DNA of 64,000 nt from Nitrospinales bacterium (GTDB taxonomy: Bacteria > Nitrospinota > Nitrospinia > Nitrospinales > VA-1), in assembly GCA_965223795.1 (NCBI GenBank), contig CBDCXL010000002.1:1184001-1248000 (forward strand), read 5' to 3'. Shown here in pieces: positions 8,668 through 17,909 of this stretch. The notes below the pieces were generated by a model. That model was given only the letters and a program-made list of their open reading frames with translations, was not told the DNA's origin and did not search any database. Both the position numbers and the translations under genes were made by a program. Position 1 is the stretch's first letter. Each line of letters begins with the position of its first letter.

Positions 8668-9861
8668 ATGGGCGTCGAGGAGTTGGACCGGCTCGTTTCC
8701 CTGCACACGCCGAAGCCCGCGCCGGGCGAAGCCGCCGCGCTCAAGGCGGTGGAGAAAACTTTCGACCTGGGCGGGTTCGCCCAGGGAGTGCGGTTTCTCA
8801 TCCCCGGCTTTGCGCAATTCGGCTGCGGCGAATGCCATGAGGCGGACGCGCTGCTGGCGCAAAGCGCTGAGCGGATGCGCGGGGTGCTGAAGGATCTGAA
8901 CGCCGCCTTTCCCGAAATCACCGAAGTTCCTCTCAAGCAATACATCATCCAGTCGTGGACGGACGAGCTGTTGCACCCGCGCCAGTTCGCGCACACGACG
9001 TTCGATGCGATCCGCATCTTTCCGCGCACGGTGCTCATCGACGGCACGGTGTACGGCAACGCCACGCAGCTGCACGAAACGCTGCACCTCACGCAGCCTT
9101 TCATCGGCCATCCCAACGAGCTGGAAGCGTACGGCCTCAATATCCGCTCGGACCCGCGCTTCCTGATCCTCAACTATCCTTATTTTGCGGACGTGGTGAC
9201 GGCGTTTTTCCTGCCGGACTTTCACGCAATGCTGAAGGAATTCTACGCCCGGCCGGTGCGCGAGTCGCTCGCGGTTTCGCGCGAGGTGCAGTGGTTCCTG
9301 CTGCCGTTTGAAAAGACACAGCTCGATGCGCTGGCAAAGGCCGTGGAGGGGATGCTGCCCGTGCTTAAGGCCACGAGCGACCTGCTGAGGAAGGATCCGG
9401 TGACGGCGAGCTACTTGAGCGAGCAGACGGGCAACCCGGCGCTGCTTCTGGAGATCGCCGCCGCCAAGCTGCTGCCGCTGCCGCCTGTGGACATGACCGA
9501 AGCGCTGCGCGAGACGGCCTGGACGCTGTTCGACACGCAGCTGCGCAAAACCGACAACACGCAGCTGGGATACAAAATCGACCGCAAAAAGGAAGCGCTG
9601 CTGACGCTGAAGTTTCAGCACGGCGTCACCGGCCCGGAGGGGCTGCATCTGTATTTTCACTACCTGAAGGACCGGTTCGTGAAACCGGGAGGGCAGGTGG
9701 ATCTGGTGGTGGAGGATGCGGCGGACCTTCGGGCGTTCACGCAGTCGCAGCTTAAAAAGATCCGCACGCTCGGCCGCTCACCGCGGCTGACACCAGAGGA
9801 ACGGCGGGCGGCGGAGTCTCTGCTTAAAACCATCGCCGACGATCTCGCCCAGTCCCCCTAA
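8668..9861 (+). CDS. Hypothetical protein with CXXCH and HExxH motifs; true start probably upstream
   Basis: CGECH; LHETLH with a downstream NELEAY; an in-frame signal-like segment lies upstream of ATG 8668. Confidence 0.8.
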   Translation: MGVEELDRLVSLHTPKPAPGEAAALKAVEKTFDLGGFAQGVRFLIPGFAQFGCGECHEADALLAQSAERMRGVLKDLNAAFPEITEVPLKQYIIQSWTDELLHPRQFAHTTFDAIRIFPRTVLIDGTVYGNATQLHETLHLTQPFIGHPNELEAYGLNIRSDPRFLILNYPYFADVVTAFFLPDFHAMLKEFYARPVRESLAVSREVQWFLLPFEKTQLDALAKAVEGMLPVLKATSDLLRKDPVTASYLSEQTGNPALLLEIAAAKLLPLPPVDMTEALRETAWTLFDTQLRKTDNTQLGYKIDRKKEALLTLKFQHGVTGPEGLHLYFHYLKDRFVKPGGQVDLVVEDAADLRAFTQSQLKKIRTLGRSPRLTPEERRAAESLLKTIADDLAQSP

Positions 9862-9893
9862 AACGCGGGACGCTCCGAGCCGTTCTGCTGGTT

Positions 9894-10427
9894 TTACAGC
9901 TTGCTCGCCGGGGTCACCATCGCGGGACCTTTGACGTGGTCCTGCAGGGTTTCGTTCTGCACTTTGTCCTGCAGCTTGATCAGCGCGTCGATGACCATTT
10001 CGGGACGCGGCGGACAGCCGGGGATGTACACGTCCACGGGGATGATGGTGTCGATGCCCATGACGGTGGCGTAGTTGTCGTAAAACCCGCCGGAGACGGT
10101 GCACACGCCGTAGGCGACCACCCATTTGGGCTCGGTCATCTGGTTGTAGACTTTGACCAGGATCGGCGCCTGTTTGTGGCTGATGGTTCCCACGACCATG
10201 AGCAGGTCGGCCTGGCGCGGGGAAAACCGCGGAAAGGCGGCGCCCAGCCGGTCGAGATCGTATCGGGGTCCGGCGACGGACATGAACTCCATCCCGCAGC
10301 AGGCGGTGATGAAGGGATAAATGAAGAAGGAATATTTTCGCGCCCAGTTGATCGCCTGCGTCATCTGTGTGACGATCACGTTGTTGCCCAGGCTCAACTC
10401 GGCTTCGGACTGGTACAGGTTGGCCAT
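9894..10427 (-). CDS. nuoB: NADH-quinone oxidoreductase subunit B
   Basis: INWARKYS, TACCGMEF, RFSPRQADL, EPKWV and VDVYIPGCPPRPE motifs; AAGGAG RBS. Confidence 0.95.
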   Translation of the reverse strand: MANLYQSEAELSLGNNVIVTQMTQAINWARKYSFFIYPFITACCGMEFMSVAGPRYDLDRLGAAFPRFSPRQADLLMVVGTISHKQAPILVKVYNQMTEPKWVVAYGVCTVSGGFYDNYATVMGIDTIIPVDVYIPGCPPRPEMVIDALIKLQDKVQNETLQDHVKGPAMVTPASKL

Positions 10428-10809
10428 TGCGTGCACTCCTTTTGTTTGCGTGAATCTCTTGCGGCCGTTGGTCCCTTCATAATAAAAGATTTCGTTTGAA
10501 TTTCCAATCAATTCCCGTCTAGCGCGCTGTCCGGCGAAGACCGGCGGCGAACCGGACGGTCTGCGTGCCGCCGCAGCGGCTGCCTGTCCGCCTTGCCGAA
10601 GTCTCTGGCGGCGCTGATTACGGCTCATGATTTCAAGGACTTTTCCGGCTCTCACGCGGGCTTAAAATTTTCCTGGATCGGTTTTGGGAAATGCTATAAT
10701 TGCCTCACAATCGAACACGGGGGCCGCCTTCCTCCTGCCTTCCCGGCGGGGTTCGGCCCCTGAAACGCATTCCGGATCTGCGGTCCGGGTGCCCTCAAGA
10801 GGCGGATGT

Positions 10810-11358
10810 ATGGATTATTCGGGAAACAAGGAAGCGCGCGGGCAGAACCGGGCCTCGGAAGAGACCGAGATGGTGGTGCGCGACAATCTCAGCAAGGACG
10901 GCAAGACGCTGGATCTGACCGCGGCGTATCTCAAGGAATACGGCGCGAAAGACATCGCTTCGTTTGAATTTTTACGCGATCTCAACACGCTGGAGATGGG
11001 GACCAATCTCATCGGCCCCAAGGGCGCGAAGTACCTGGCCAAAAGCACGGTGCTCACGAACCTCAAGACGCTCAACCTGTTCTACAACGAGATCGGCAAT
11101 GACGGCGTGAAGTACATCGCGGTGTCGGACAATCTGCAGAGCCTGCAGAATCTGGTGCTCTCGGACAACAACATCACCGACGAGGGCGCGCTGATGCTGG
11201 CCAAGTTTCTGCCGCTGTTTCCCAACCTGCTCCGTCTCGACATGCGCCTCAACAAGCTCAAGGACGAGGGCAAGCAGGCGCTCGAGGACGCGAAGAAACT
11301 CTCCAAGGTCAAGCACCTGCTGCTGGACAAGGTAGAGGGCTTCCAGGTCAAGGCCTGA
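10810..11358 (+). CDS. Leucine-rich repeat protein (28-aa RNI/GALA-like repeats)
   Basis: Repeats such as LNTLEMGTNLIGPKGAKYLA and LKTLNLFYNEIGNDGVKYIA. Confidence 0.9.
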   Translation: MDYSGNKEARGQNRASEETEMVVRDNLSKDGKTLDLTAAYLKEYGAKDIASFEFLRDLNTLEMGTNLIGPKGAKYLAKSTVLTNLKTLNLFYNEIGNDGVKYIAVSDNLQSLQNLVLSDNNITDEGALMLAKFLPLFPNLLRLDMRLNKLKDEGKQALEDAKKLSKVKHLLLDKVEGFQVKA

Positions 11359-11560
11359 CTCCTGCGCGGAGGGCGTGTTTGCTCACGCCGCGCCGGGATT
11401 CCCGGTTTTACCGCCGCCGTTTCAGGAAGAATCGTTCTCTTCCGCAGAGGGCGTGTTTGCTCACGACGCGCCGGGATTTTCTGTTACCACTCGCACCATC
11501 TTCTGATAGCCGTTCTCCTGCGCGCTCCTCGCCAGAGGCGCGTTTGCTCACGACGGAACC
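11359..11560 (+). repeat. Mini-array A, 3 units, 78-bp period (hairpin plus TGCTCACG family)
   Basis: Units start at 11359, 11437 and 11515; the array begins at the base after the TGA stop. Confidence 0.9.
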
Positions 11561-11621
11561 GACGTTCCGGTTTCCGCTCGACTTTTTTCGCTAAAGCCTC
11601 TCTCCTCTCCGCACTTTCCCT

Positions 11622-12461
11622 TCACACATTTTTTACAGGAACCTGTGCGTCGTCAAGCAGGGGACGCACGTCCGCGAAGTCGATGCCGGTGAGCTCGATG
11701 GACCGGCGCACGCCGGGGTTTTTGTAGACGATGTTCCAGAGCTGGTTGCCGACCTCTTCGATGTTCTGCATCACCAGCGGCAGCCCGTCCTCGCGCAGCA
11801 GGCGCAGCACGTCCAGGCCGACCGGTCGCCAGGTCCGCTCGGTTTCCACACAGCGCTTGTAGAAGCTAAGTTCCGCTTCCACGCGGTCGAGGTGTTGGCG
11901 CAGGGGATGCGCCTCTGTGGCGCCGGGGAACAGCGCCTCAAAGCGTTTCTCTTTGGTTCTGGCTTTGAAGGCGGTGAACAGGTACCCGGTGCGCCTGCCG
12001 TTGCAGGCGCGCAGCGCCGCCACCAGCGCTTCGGCCTCCTTCAGCCGCTCGGCGTCGATGGCCTGCATCAGCAGCGGGGTTGGCAGCTCTTTTTTGCGGC
12101 GTTCGCGGATTTCGTGCAGGCTGCGGTACAACTCCCGCAGCACTGCGTTCAGGTTGGCGATGGTGACCGGGTCGCCGGGACTGCGCAGTTCTTTGAGGGA
12201 ATCGATTTTCACGTCGAGGTTGCGATCGGTGGTCTCGACGTGGTTGATGGCGGGGATGTCCAGCAGCTGCTCGAAGGCCGCGGGGCTCACGGCCAGGTCG
12301 AGGCCGTGGTTCTCTTTGAGCCAGCGCAGGCTTTTGCGGCATTTCACGATGTCGCGCAGCACTTCGACGACGAGCTCCAGCGGCTCGCCGGTGGCTTCGC
12401 AGGCGTCTCCCTTGGCGGGATCGCCGAGCAGTTTTATCAGGATGCGTTTCGGGTCACGCAT
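11622..12461 (-). CDS. Hypothetical protein (279 aa)
   Basis: Long ORF with typical codon bias and a GGAG RBS; no motif recognised. Confidence 0.8.
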   Translation of the reverse strand: MRDPKRILIKLLGDPAKGDACEATGEPLELVVEVLRDIVKCRKSLRWLKENHGLDLAVSPAAFEQLLDIPAINHVETTDRNLDVKIDSLKELRSPGDPVTIANLNAVLRELYRSLHEIRERRKKELPTPLLMQAIDAERLKEAEALVAALRACNGRRTGYLFTAFKARTKEKRFEALFPGATEAHPLRQHLDRVEAELSFYKRCVETERTWRPVGLDVLRLLREDGLPLVMQNIEEVGNQLWNIVYKNPGVRRSIELTGIDFADVRPLLDDAQVPVKNV

Positions 12462-12620
12462 GCCCGCTCCGAGCGGTTCGCCCCGCTTTTGGCGGGTGCG
12501 GCGGGACGCCCCGTCGGACGCGGGGTTCCCGGTTGATTTTTATGCCAATCCTGCTACCATTCGCACCAGTTTCGAGCGATCCTGTCATTGTACGCAATGT
12601 TTCCGCGGGAACACAAGCCG

Positions 12621-12703
12621 GCCGGAGTGGTGGAATGGCATACACAAAGGACTTAAAATCCTTCCCCCGAAAGGGGTTGTGGGTTCGAATCCCACCTCCG
12701 GCA
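12621..12703 (+). tRNA. tRNA-Leu (TAA); CCA not encoded
   Basis: Acceptor stem GCCGGAG/CTCCGGC plus A, anticodon arm AAGGA-CTTAAAA-TCCTT, long variable arm CCCC-GAAA-GGGG, T-arm GTGGG-TTCGAAT-CCCAC. Confidence 0.97.
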
Positions 12704-12968
12704 CTCCTGCGCGGAGGGCGTAACTGCTCACGCCGGACAAAGCTCGTTCGGCCTGGTTCGAACTTTTTCCGAATTACGGGACCACTACCCGTGGAGGGAG
12801 ATTGCTCACGACGGACGAGACCCGTTCGGATTGGTTCGAACTTTTCCCGAATTACGGCACTCCTCGCCGTGGAGGCGATTGGCTCACGCCGTACAAAGTT
12901 TCCCGGGTTGGACGCAAACGTTTTCGGTTGAACGGACATTCCCCGCCGTGGAAGCGGCTTGCTGTCCA
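12704..12968 (+). repeat. Mini-array B, 4 units, 78-79-bp period
   Basis: Units start at 12704, 12782, 12860 and 12939; the array begins right after the tRNA discriminator base. Confidence 0.9.
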
Positions 12969-13144
12969 CATACTTTCGTTGAGCGTTTTGCGTGCGCGCG
13001 GATTTGAAACGCGCTTCCCCACGGCGATAATCCGTTTCCCGGTTCCCCCATCCCCGCTTTCCTGCTATATCTTGTTCTTTCTCTAAAAATAACAGACCGT
13101 CCTCCGGGAAGGTTTTGACAAATTATTTGAATGAAGGCGAGACG

Positions 13145-13675
13145 ATGACGGAACGTTTTAAGTTGAAGGTGAGCGATGTGACGGTGTTCACCAATCTGGA
13201 AGTGAAACTGAAATCGCGGACCACCAAGGAGGAAGCGAACAAGGAGGTGGAGCGGATTCTGGACGCGGAGAACGTGTTTGACGGTTACGACTGGAAAATC
13301 GAGGAGTGTGAGAACGGCGGCATCAAGGACTTGAACGCGGATCTGCAGGAGGCGATCAAGGCGCGTCTGGGTGAGGAGGAACCGGGGGACAGCATCTTCT
13401 GGGACGGCATGAAGGTGCAGTTCGATCTCAACGTGGCGCACGTTCCGGTGCTCACCGATCTGGAGGTGACGCTCAAGGCGCAGACGAAGGAAGCTGCGGT
13501 GCAGGAAGCCGCGGCCCTGCGCGATGCGGACGATCCGTTCGCGGGCTACTCATGGAAGATTGCCGGCTGCGCGGAAGACGGCATCAACGCGCTCGATGCG
13601 GATCTCAAACAACGCATCCAGGATCGTTTGAAAGCGATGGGTTCGATCGAAGAGGGCATTGTATCCGTTTCGTGA
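13145..13675 (+). CDS. Hypothetical protein made of two tandem homologous domains
   Basis: VFTNLEVKLK..GYDWKIEEC..GIKDLNADL versus VLTDLEVTLK..GYSWKIAGC..GINALDADL. Confidence 0.85.
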   Translation: MTERFKLKVSDVTVFTNLEVKLKSRTTKEEANKEVERILDAENVFDGYDWKIEECENGGIKDLNADLQEAIKARLGEEEPGDSIFWDGMKVQFDLNVAHVPVLTDLEVTLKAQTKEAAVQEAAALRDADDPFAGYSWKIAGCAEDGINALDADLKQRIQDRLKAMGSIEEGIVSVS

Positions 13676-13723
13676 TCAGCAACGTCCCGCGGGGCAGCTC
13701 TCGCGGGCAGGACAGGCAGACGT

Positions 13724-13861
13724 ATGGATGTGGATCGTAAAAAGCCGGCCCGGCGCAAGCGCGAGGAAAACCGGGTGTTCACGGTGTTTGTGCACGTGGG
13801 CTATTCGATTCTCATCCTATCCATGCTGGGCTGGATGATCTACATGGAATTTTTCATGTGA
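13724..13861 (+). CDS. Small membrane protein (45 aa; absent from the ORF track)
   Basis: MDVDRKKPARRKREENRVFTVFVHVGYSILILSMLGWMIYMEFFM: basic N-terminus plus one TM helix. Confidence 0.6.
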   Translation: MDVDRKKPARRKREENRVFTVFVHVGYSILILSMLGWMIYMEFFM

Positions 13862-13871
13862 CGGAGCGCCG

Positions 13872-14453
13872 TCACTCGATCACGACGTAACGGGAATCGG
13901 CATCGACGTTGCCGCCCCATTCGCGCGCTTCGCGTACAAGCGGCTCGCGGTTGAAATGCGTCCGCCGCTCGCACAGTTCTTGCGCAAAGTTCATGCAGCG
14001 GACCTCGCCTTCCAGGTCCAGCTCCCAGACGATGTCGCTGTCCGCATGCTTTGCGGTGGCGGCAAAGGTTTCCGCGTATCCGGAGATCAGCGTCACGTGA
14101 GCGCTGCCCATGTCGGCGCTCCACTCCGGCGGCTGCAAGGTAAACCCGTACGGCGGTTGCGTGATCGCATCGATCCGGCATTCCGCGCCTCCCCCTTCGC
14201 GCTGCCAGAACAGGCGGCAGTTGTTGCGCAGTTCCCACAATTGGCCGCGCGCCATGTTCTCCTGCCAGGGTTCGCTCCAGCGCGGCTGAGTTCCTGAAAC
14301 CGGTGAGTCTTTCGATCCCGCCGGGACGAACGCGAATCCCGGCCCTTTGGCCTGGGGTTTTGCGTTGAAATGAGAGTGGGCGAGCCCGGCGCCACCGGCA
14401 ATCAGGACGAATGCGGCGGTCCACAGCACCTGTTTTGTGAAAGTGGATTTCAT
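13872..14453 (-). CDS. Secreted hypothetical protein
   Basis: Signal peptide MKSTFTKQVLWTAAFVLIAGGAGLA; 4 Cys; sigma54-type promoter upstream. Confidence 0.75.
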   Translation of the reverse strand: MKSTFTKQVLWTAAFVLIAGGAGLAHSHFNAKPQAKGPGFAFVPAGSKDSPVSGTQPRWSEPWQENMARGQLWELRNNCRLFWQREGGGAECRIDAITQPPYGFTLQPPEWSADMGSAHVTLISGYAETFAATAKHADSDIVWELDLEGEVRCMNFAQELCERRTHFNREPLVREAREWGGNVDADSRYVVIE

Positions 14454-14489
14454 GGCTTTGTTCCATTTCAAAAGGATCACGTTTTAAAA

Positions 14490-14506
14490 AGCAAAGCCGG
14501 TGCCAA
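14490..14506 (-). promoter_or_regulatory. Sigma54 (-24/-12) promoter
   Basis: Minus strand reads TTGGCACCGGCTTTGCT, a GG-N10-GC consensus match about 36 nt upstream of the ATG. Confidence 0.75.
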
Positions 14507-14635
14507 ATTATTTTCCTTTGAAAAACCGCGTGTTTTTGATTTAAGAAATCCGGAATGACGGAATCGCGTCCGAATTTTCAGACACCGGCAAGGCGGGGCG
14601 GCCCGCCAACCCAAAAACGACTCTCTACACTCATC

Positions 14636-16051
14636 ATGCAATACCAACGCGCGCTCTGCTGGATACGCAGGGATCTCAGGCTTTCCGACCACGCCGCGCT
14701 CGCCGCTGCGACGCGTTCGTCGGAGCGGGTGTTCGTGGTGTTCGTGTTCGACACGACCCTCCTGAATCCGCTTGAGGATCGCGACGACCGCAGATTGAGC
14801 TTCATCGCGCAATCGCTGGAAGCAATGCAGAGAGCATTGCGCGACCGGGGATCGGATCTGATCGTGCGGCACGGCGACCCGGCCGATGCGATCCCGGAGC
14901 TGGTGCACGCGCTCGATGCGGATGCGCTTTTTTTCAACCGCGACTACGAACCGCGGGCCCGGCAACGGGATGAAAAGGTACAACACGCGGTGCAGGCACA
15001 GGGCAGGGCCTGTCATGACTTTAAAGACCACGTGGTGTTCGAGTTTCCGGAGATCGTCACGCAGCAGAAGCAGCCGTACCGGGTGTTCACGCCCTACAAG
15101 CGCGCCTGGCTGGCGGCGCTGGAACCGGCGCATACCATCGAACTGCGGCCGGACCTGAAACGGCTGGCGTCCCGGCAGCAGGCGGCACCGCATGCGTGGG
15201 ACTGGGATCTCGAAAAAATCGGTTTTCAACCCAACGCGCTGTGGCTGAAAGCGGGGGAGCCCGCGGCGCGCGCGCGGCTCGACCGGTTTTTAAAACATAT
15301 CGACCGCTATCACGAACAGCGCGATTTCCCCGCGCAGCCTGTCGGCACGTCGGGGCTTTCGGTGCACCTTAGGTTCGGCACGGTGTCGATCCGCAGGCTG
15401 GTGCGGGCCGCGCGCAAGCGCGACGGCGAAGGCGCGCGGGTGTGGCTGAGCGAGTTGATCTGGCGTGATTTTTACCAGACGATCCTCGACCGCTTTCCGC
15501 ACGTGGTGGGAAGCTGCTTCCACCCGCAATTCGACCGAGTGCGCTGGCGCGGAAAACCGGAGCATTTCGATCTCTGGTGCGTGGGGAAGACGGGCTACCC
15601 GCTGGTCGATGCGGCGATGCGCCTATTCAGGCAAACGGGCTGGATGCACAACCGCCTGCGCATGGTGGTGGCGAGCTTTCTCACCAAGGACCTGCTGATC
15701 GACTGGAAAAAAGGAGAAGCGTGGTTCGCGCGGCATCTTCTGGATTTCGATCTCGCGGCGAACAACGGCGGCTGGCAGTGGTGCGCTTCCACCGGCTGCG
15801 ACGCGCAGCCCTGGTTCCGCATTTTCAATCCGGTGAATCAGTCGAAGAAATTCGATCCGCAGGGTGCGTTCATCCGCAAACACGTACCGGAGCTTGCGGG
15901 ATTCCCGGACAAGCGCATCCATTTTCCCGCGGCGGCGAGCGACAGGGAGCAGAAGCAGGCGGGCTGCCTCATCGGTGTGGATTACCCCGCGCCCATCGTC
16001 GACCACGCGGTGCAGCGGCAAACGGCGCTGGAGATGTTCAAGGCGGTTTGA
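14636..16051 (+). CDS. phrB: Deoxyribodipyrimidine photolyase (class I/III CPD photolyase)
   Basis: WIRRDLRLSDH, TSGLSVHLRFG, ELIWRDF, GWMHNRLRM, NNGGWQW and RIFNP motifs. Confidence 0.95.
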   Translation: MQYQRALCWIRRDLRLSDHAALAAATRSSERVFVVFVFDTTLLNPLEDRDDRRLSFIAQSLEAMQRALRDRGSDLIVRHGDPADAIPELVHALDADALFFNRDYEPRARQRDEKVQHAVQAQGRACHDFKDHVVFEFPEIVTQQKQPYRVFTPYKRAWLAALEPAHTIELRPDLKRLASRQQAAPHAWDWDLEKIGFQPNALWLKAGEPAARARLDRFLKHIDRYHEQRDFPAQPVGTSGLSVHLRFGTVSIRRLVRAARKRDGEGARVWLSELIWRDFYQTILDRFPHVVGSCFHPQFDRVRWRGKPEHFDLWCVGKTGYPLVDAAMRLFRQTGWMHNRLRMVVASFLTKDLLIDWKKGEAWFARHLLDFDLAANNGGWQWCASTGCDAQPWFRIFNPVNQSKKFDPQGAFIRKHVPELAGFPDKRIHFPAAASDREQKQAGCLIGVDYPAPIVDHAVQRQTALEMFKAV

Positions 16052-16057
16052 GCTGCG

Positions 16058-17554
16058 TTACGCACTGCAGCTCATTCGCATGTGCACGTAGGGCTCGGGG
16101 GTTTCCTTTGCGTAGGGGGCGGGATCGATGCCGTGGCGTTCGAATTCTTCGGGCCGGTCGCGGAACGGGTCCTTGAGCAGGATGCGCAGGCGTTTGATTT
16201 CGGTGAAGTCCTGCTGCTTGACGGCTTTGTCGATGGCGTTCTGCAACAGGTAGTTTCTCAGGATGTACTTGGGATTCACCGCGTCCATGCGCTGTTTTCT
16301 CTCGGCCGGGTCATCGTCTTCCCGTTCGATCAGTTTCCTGTATTGCGCGAGCCAGCCGGTGAGCGGCTTGGGGTCTTTGAACAGGGCGTGCAGCGATGCC
16401 GCGTCGCCGTCGGGAAATGCGGACAGGCGGCGGAAGAAGTTGCTGTAGTCGGCGCCGCTTTCATACAGCAGGTTGAACAGCGCGCCGGCGCATTCGGAAA
16501 ATTCTGAATCGTGGATTTGCAGTCCCAGCTTCTCACCCATCAACGCCCGGTACGCGGTGTTATACGTCGGCTGGTATTGCGCCAGCTCCTCCTGCAGGGC
16601 ATCGGGTCCGGCGTGTGCGACGAGGGTCTCGGCGAATTTGCTCAAATTCCAGTGGCCGATCTCGGGCTGTTTGGCGTAGGCGTAGCGCCCGTGCGCGTCG
16701 GTCAGGTTGGGGGTGAAGCCGGGCTGGAAGCGGTCGAGGAAGCCGAACGGGCCGTAATCGAAGGTGGCGCCGGTGATGGAGAAGTTGTCGGTGTTCATGA
16801 CGCCGTGGATGAACCCGAAGGCCTGCCACTGGGCGATCATGTGCGCGGTGCGCTGCACGACGGCGCGGAACAACAGGCGCGTCGCGTCGCTTTCGTCCGC
16901 AAACTCGGGCGCGTGGCGTGCGATGGCGTGCTTGAGCAGGGCGGCGAGCTGTTTCGGCCGGTTGCTGTAGTGCAGCAGCTCGAAGCTGCCGATGCGGATG
17001 TGGGTGTCGGCCAGGCGCACCAGGATCGCCGCCAGTTCGGGCGTTTCCCGGTAGATGAGATCGCGGATGCCGATGAGCGCGAGCGAGCGCGTGGTGGGGA
17101 TGCCGAGCCCGTGCACGGCTTCCTGCCCCAGGTACTCGCGGATGCTGGCGCGCAGGGTGGCGCGGCCGTCGAAGCCGCGGGCGAATCGCGTCGGTCCGGC
17201 GCCTTTGAGGTGCAGGTCCCAGATTTCGCCGGCGCGGTTTTCGATCTCTCCCAGCAGCAGTCCGCGCCCGTCCCCCAGCCGCGGGTTGTAGACGCCGAAC
17301 TGGTGGCCGGAATAGGCCATCGCCAAGGGCTGCGCTCCCGGTAAAGGCCGGTTGCCGGAAAGACAGGCGACGCATTCCGGACGCTCCGCCTGGGCGGGGT
17401 CGAGGTCGATCAGCGCCGCGGCCTCGGGATTGAAATCGACGAGGTACGGATCGGCCACCGGGTCCGGGTTCTTCGCCTGGAAGTGCTCCTCGCCCAGCGT
17501 CACGAAGCGGTTTTTGAAATTCAGGGTCTCGAGCGTGTGCATGCGTTCTCTCAT
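16058..17554 (-). CDS. selO: SelO/YdiU protein adenylyltransferase
   Basis: YSGHQFG, LGDGRG, LKGAG-T, DGRATLR, GFIHGVMNTDN and DYGPFGF motifs; C-terminal CSA. Start is 17554 or 17542. Confidence 0.95.
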   Translation of the reverse strand: MRERMHTLETLNFKNRFVTLGEEHFQAKNPDPVADPYLVDFNPEAAALIDLDPAQAERPECVACLSGNRPLPGAQPLAMAYSGHQFGVYNPRLGDGRGLLLGEIENRAGEIWDLHLKGAGPTRFARGFDGRATLRASIREYLGQEAVHGLGIPTTRSLALIGIRDLIYRETPELAAILVRLADTHIRIGSFELLHYSNRPKQLAALLKHAIARHAPEFADESDATRLLFRAVVQRTAHMIAQWQAFGFIHGVMNTDNFSITGATFDYGPFGFLDRFQPGFTPNLTDAHGRYAYAKQPEIGHWNLSKFAETLVAHAGPDALQEELAQYQPTYNTAYRALMGEKLGLQIHDSEFSECAGALFNLLYESGADYSNFFRRLSAFPDGDAASLHALFKDPKPLTGWLAQYRKLIEREDDDPAERKQRMDAVNPKYILRNYLLQNAIDKAVKQQDFTEIKRLRILLKDPFRDRPEEFERHGIDPAPYAKETPEPYVHMRMSCSA

Positions 17555-17623
17555 GAGGGGGCTGTGCCTTCGGCGATCCCCGGGCATGGGAATGGGATGC
17601 GTTTTTCGCGTCCGGGATTCAAA

Positions 17624-17800
17624 CTCCTGAGCGGAGGGCGGATTTGCTCACGTCGGGCAGCAATTTCTGATTTGGGGTCCCAGCTCTTTTAGTTGAACCT
17701 TTCTCCCCGCCGGAGGGGCCCTTTGCTCACGCCGTGCGATGCTGTCGGGCGCGGCGCAGCGATCGCCGGGAACCCCGCTCTTGCGCAGCGGGGCGTGTGT
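17624..17800 (+). repeat. Mini-array C, 2 units (79-bp period) plus a degenerate third
   Basis: Units at 17624 and 17703 in the selO-msrA divergent intergenic region. Confidence 0.85.
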
Positions 17801-17909
17801 CTGCGAACAAAAAAATCGCTCCTGCGAACGGGCGGCAATTTCTTTGCTTTGCACCGGCATCTGACTTAGACTGACCCGATATCCAACTTGTGAAGGAGCG
17901 GGGGTCATC

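Noticed and set aside
12621..12703. tRNA as the attachment site of an integrated element
   Set aside because: No integrase, no exact duplicated tRNA 3' end and no compositional shift were seen.
12454..12969. 171-aa ORF with a 26-aa VRREQ repeat
   Set aside because: It is the antisense translation of array B and the tRNA. The other arrays have 79-89 bp periods that break frame, so the repeat is not coding.
16058..16075. Selenocysteine in SelO
   Set aside because: The ORF ends CSA-TAA with no in-frame TGA.
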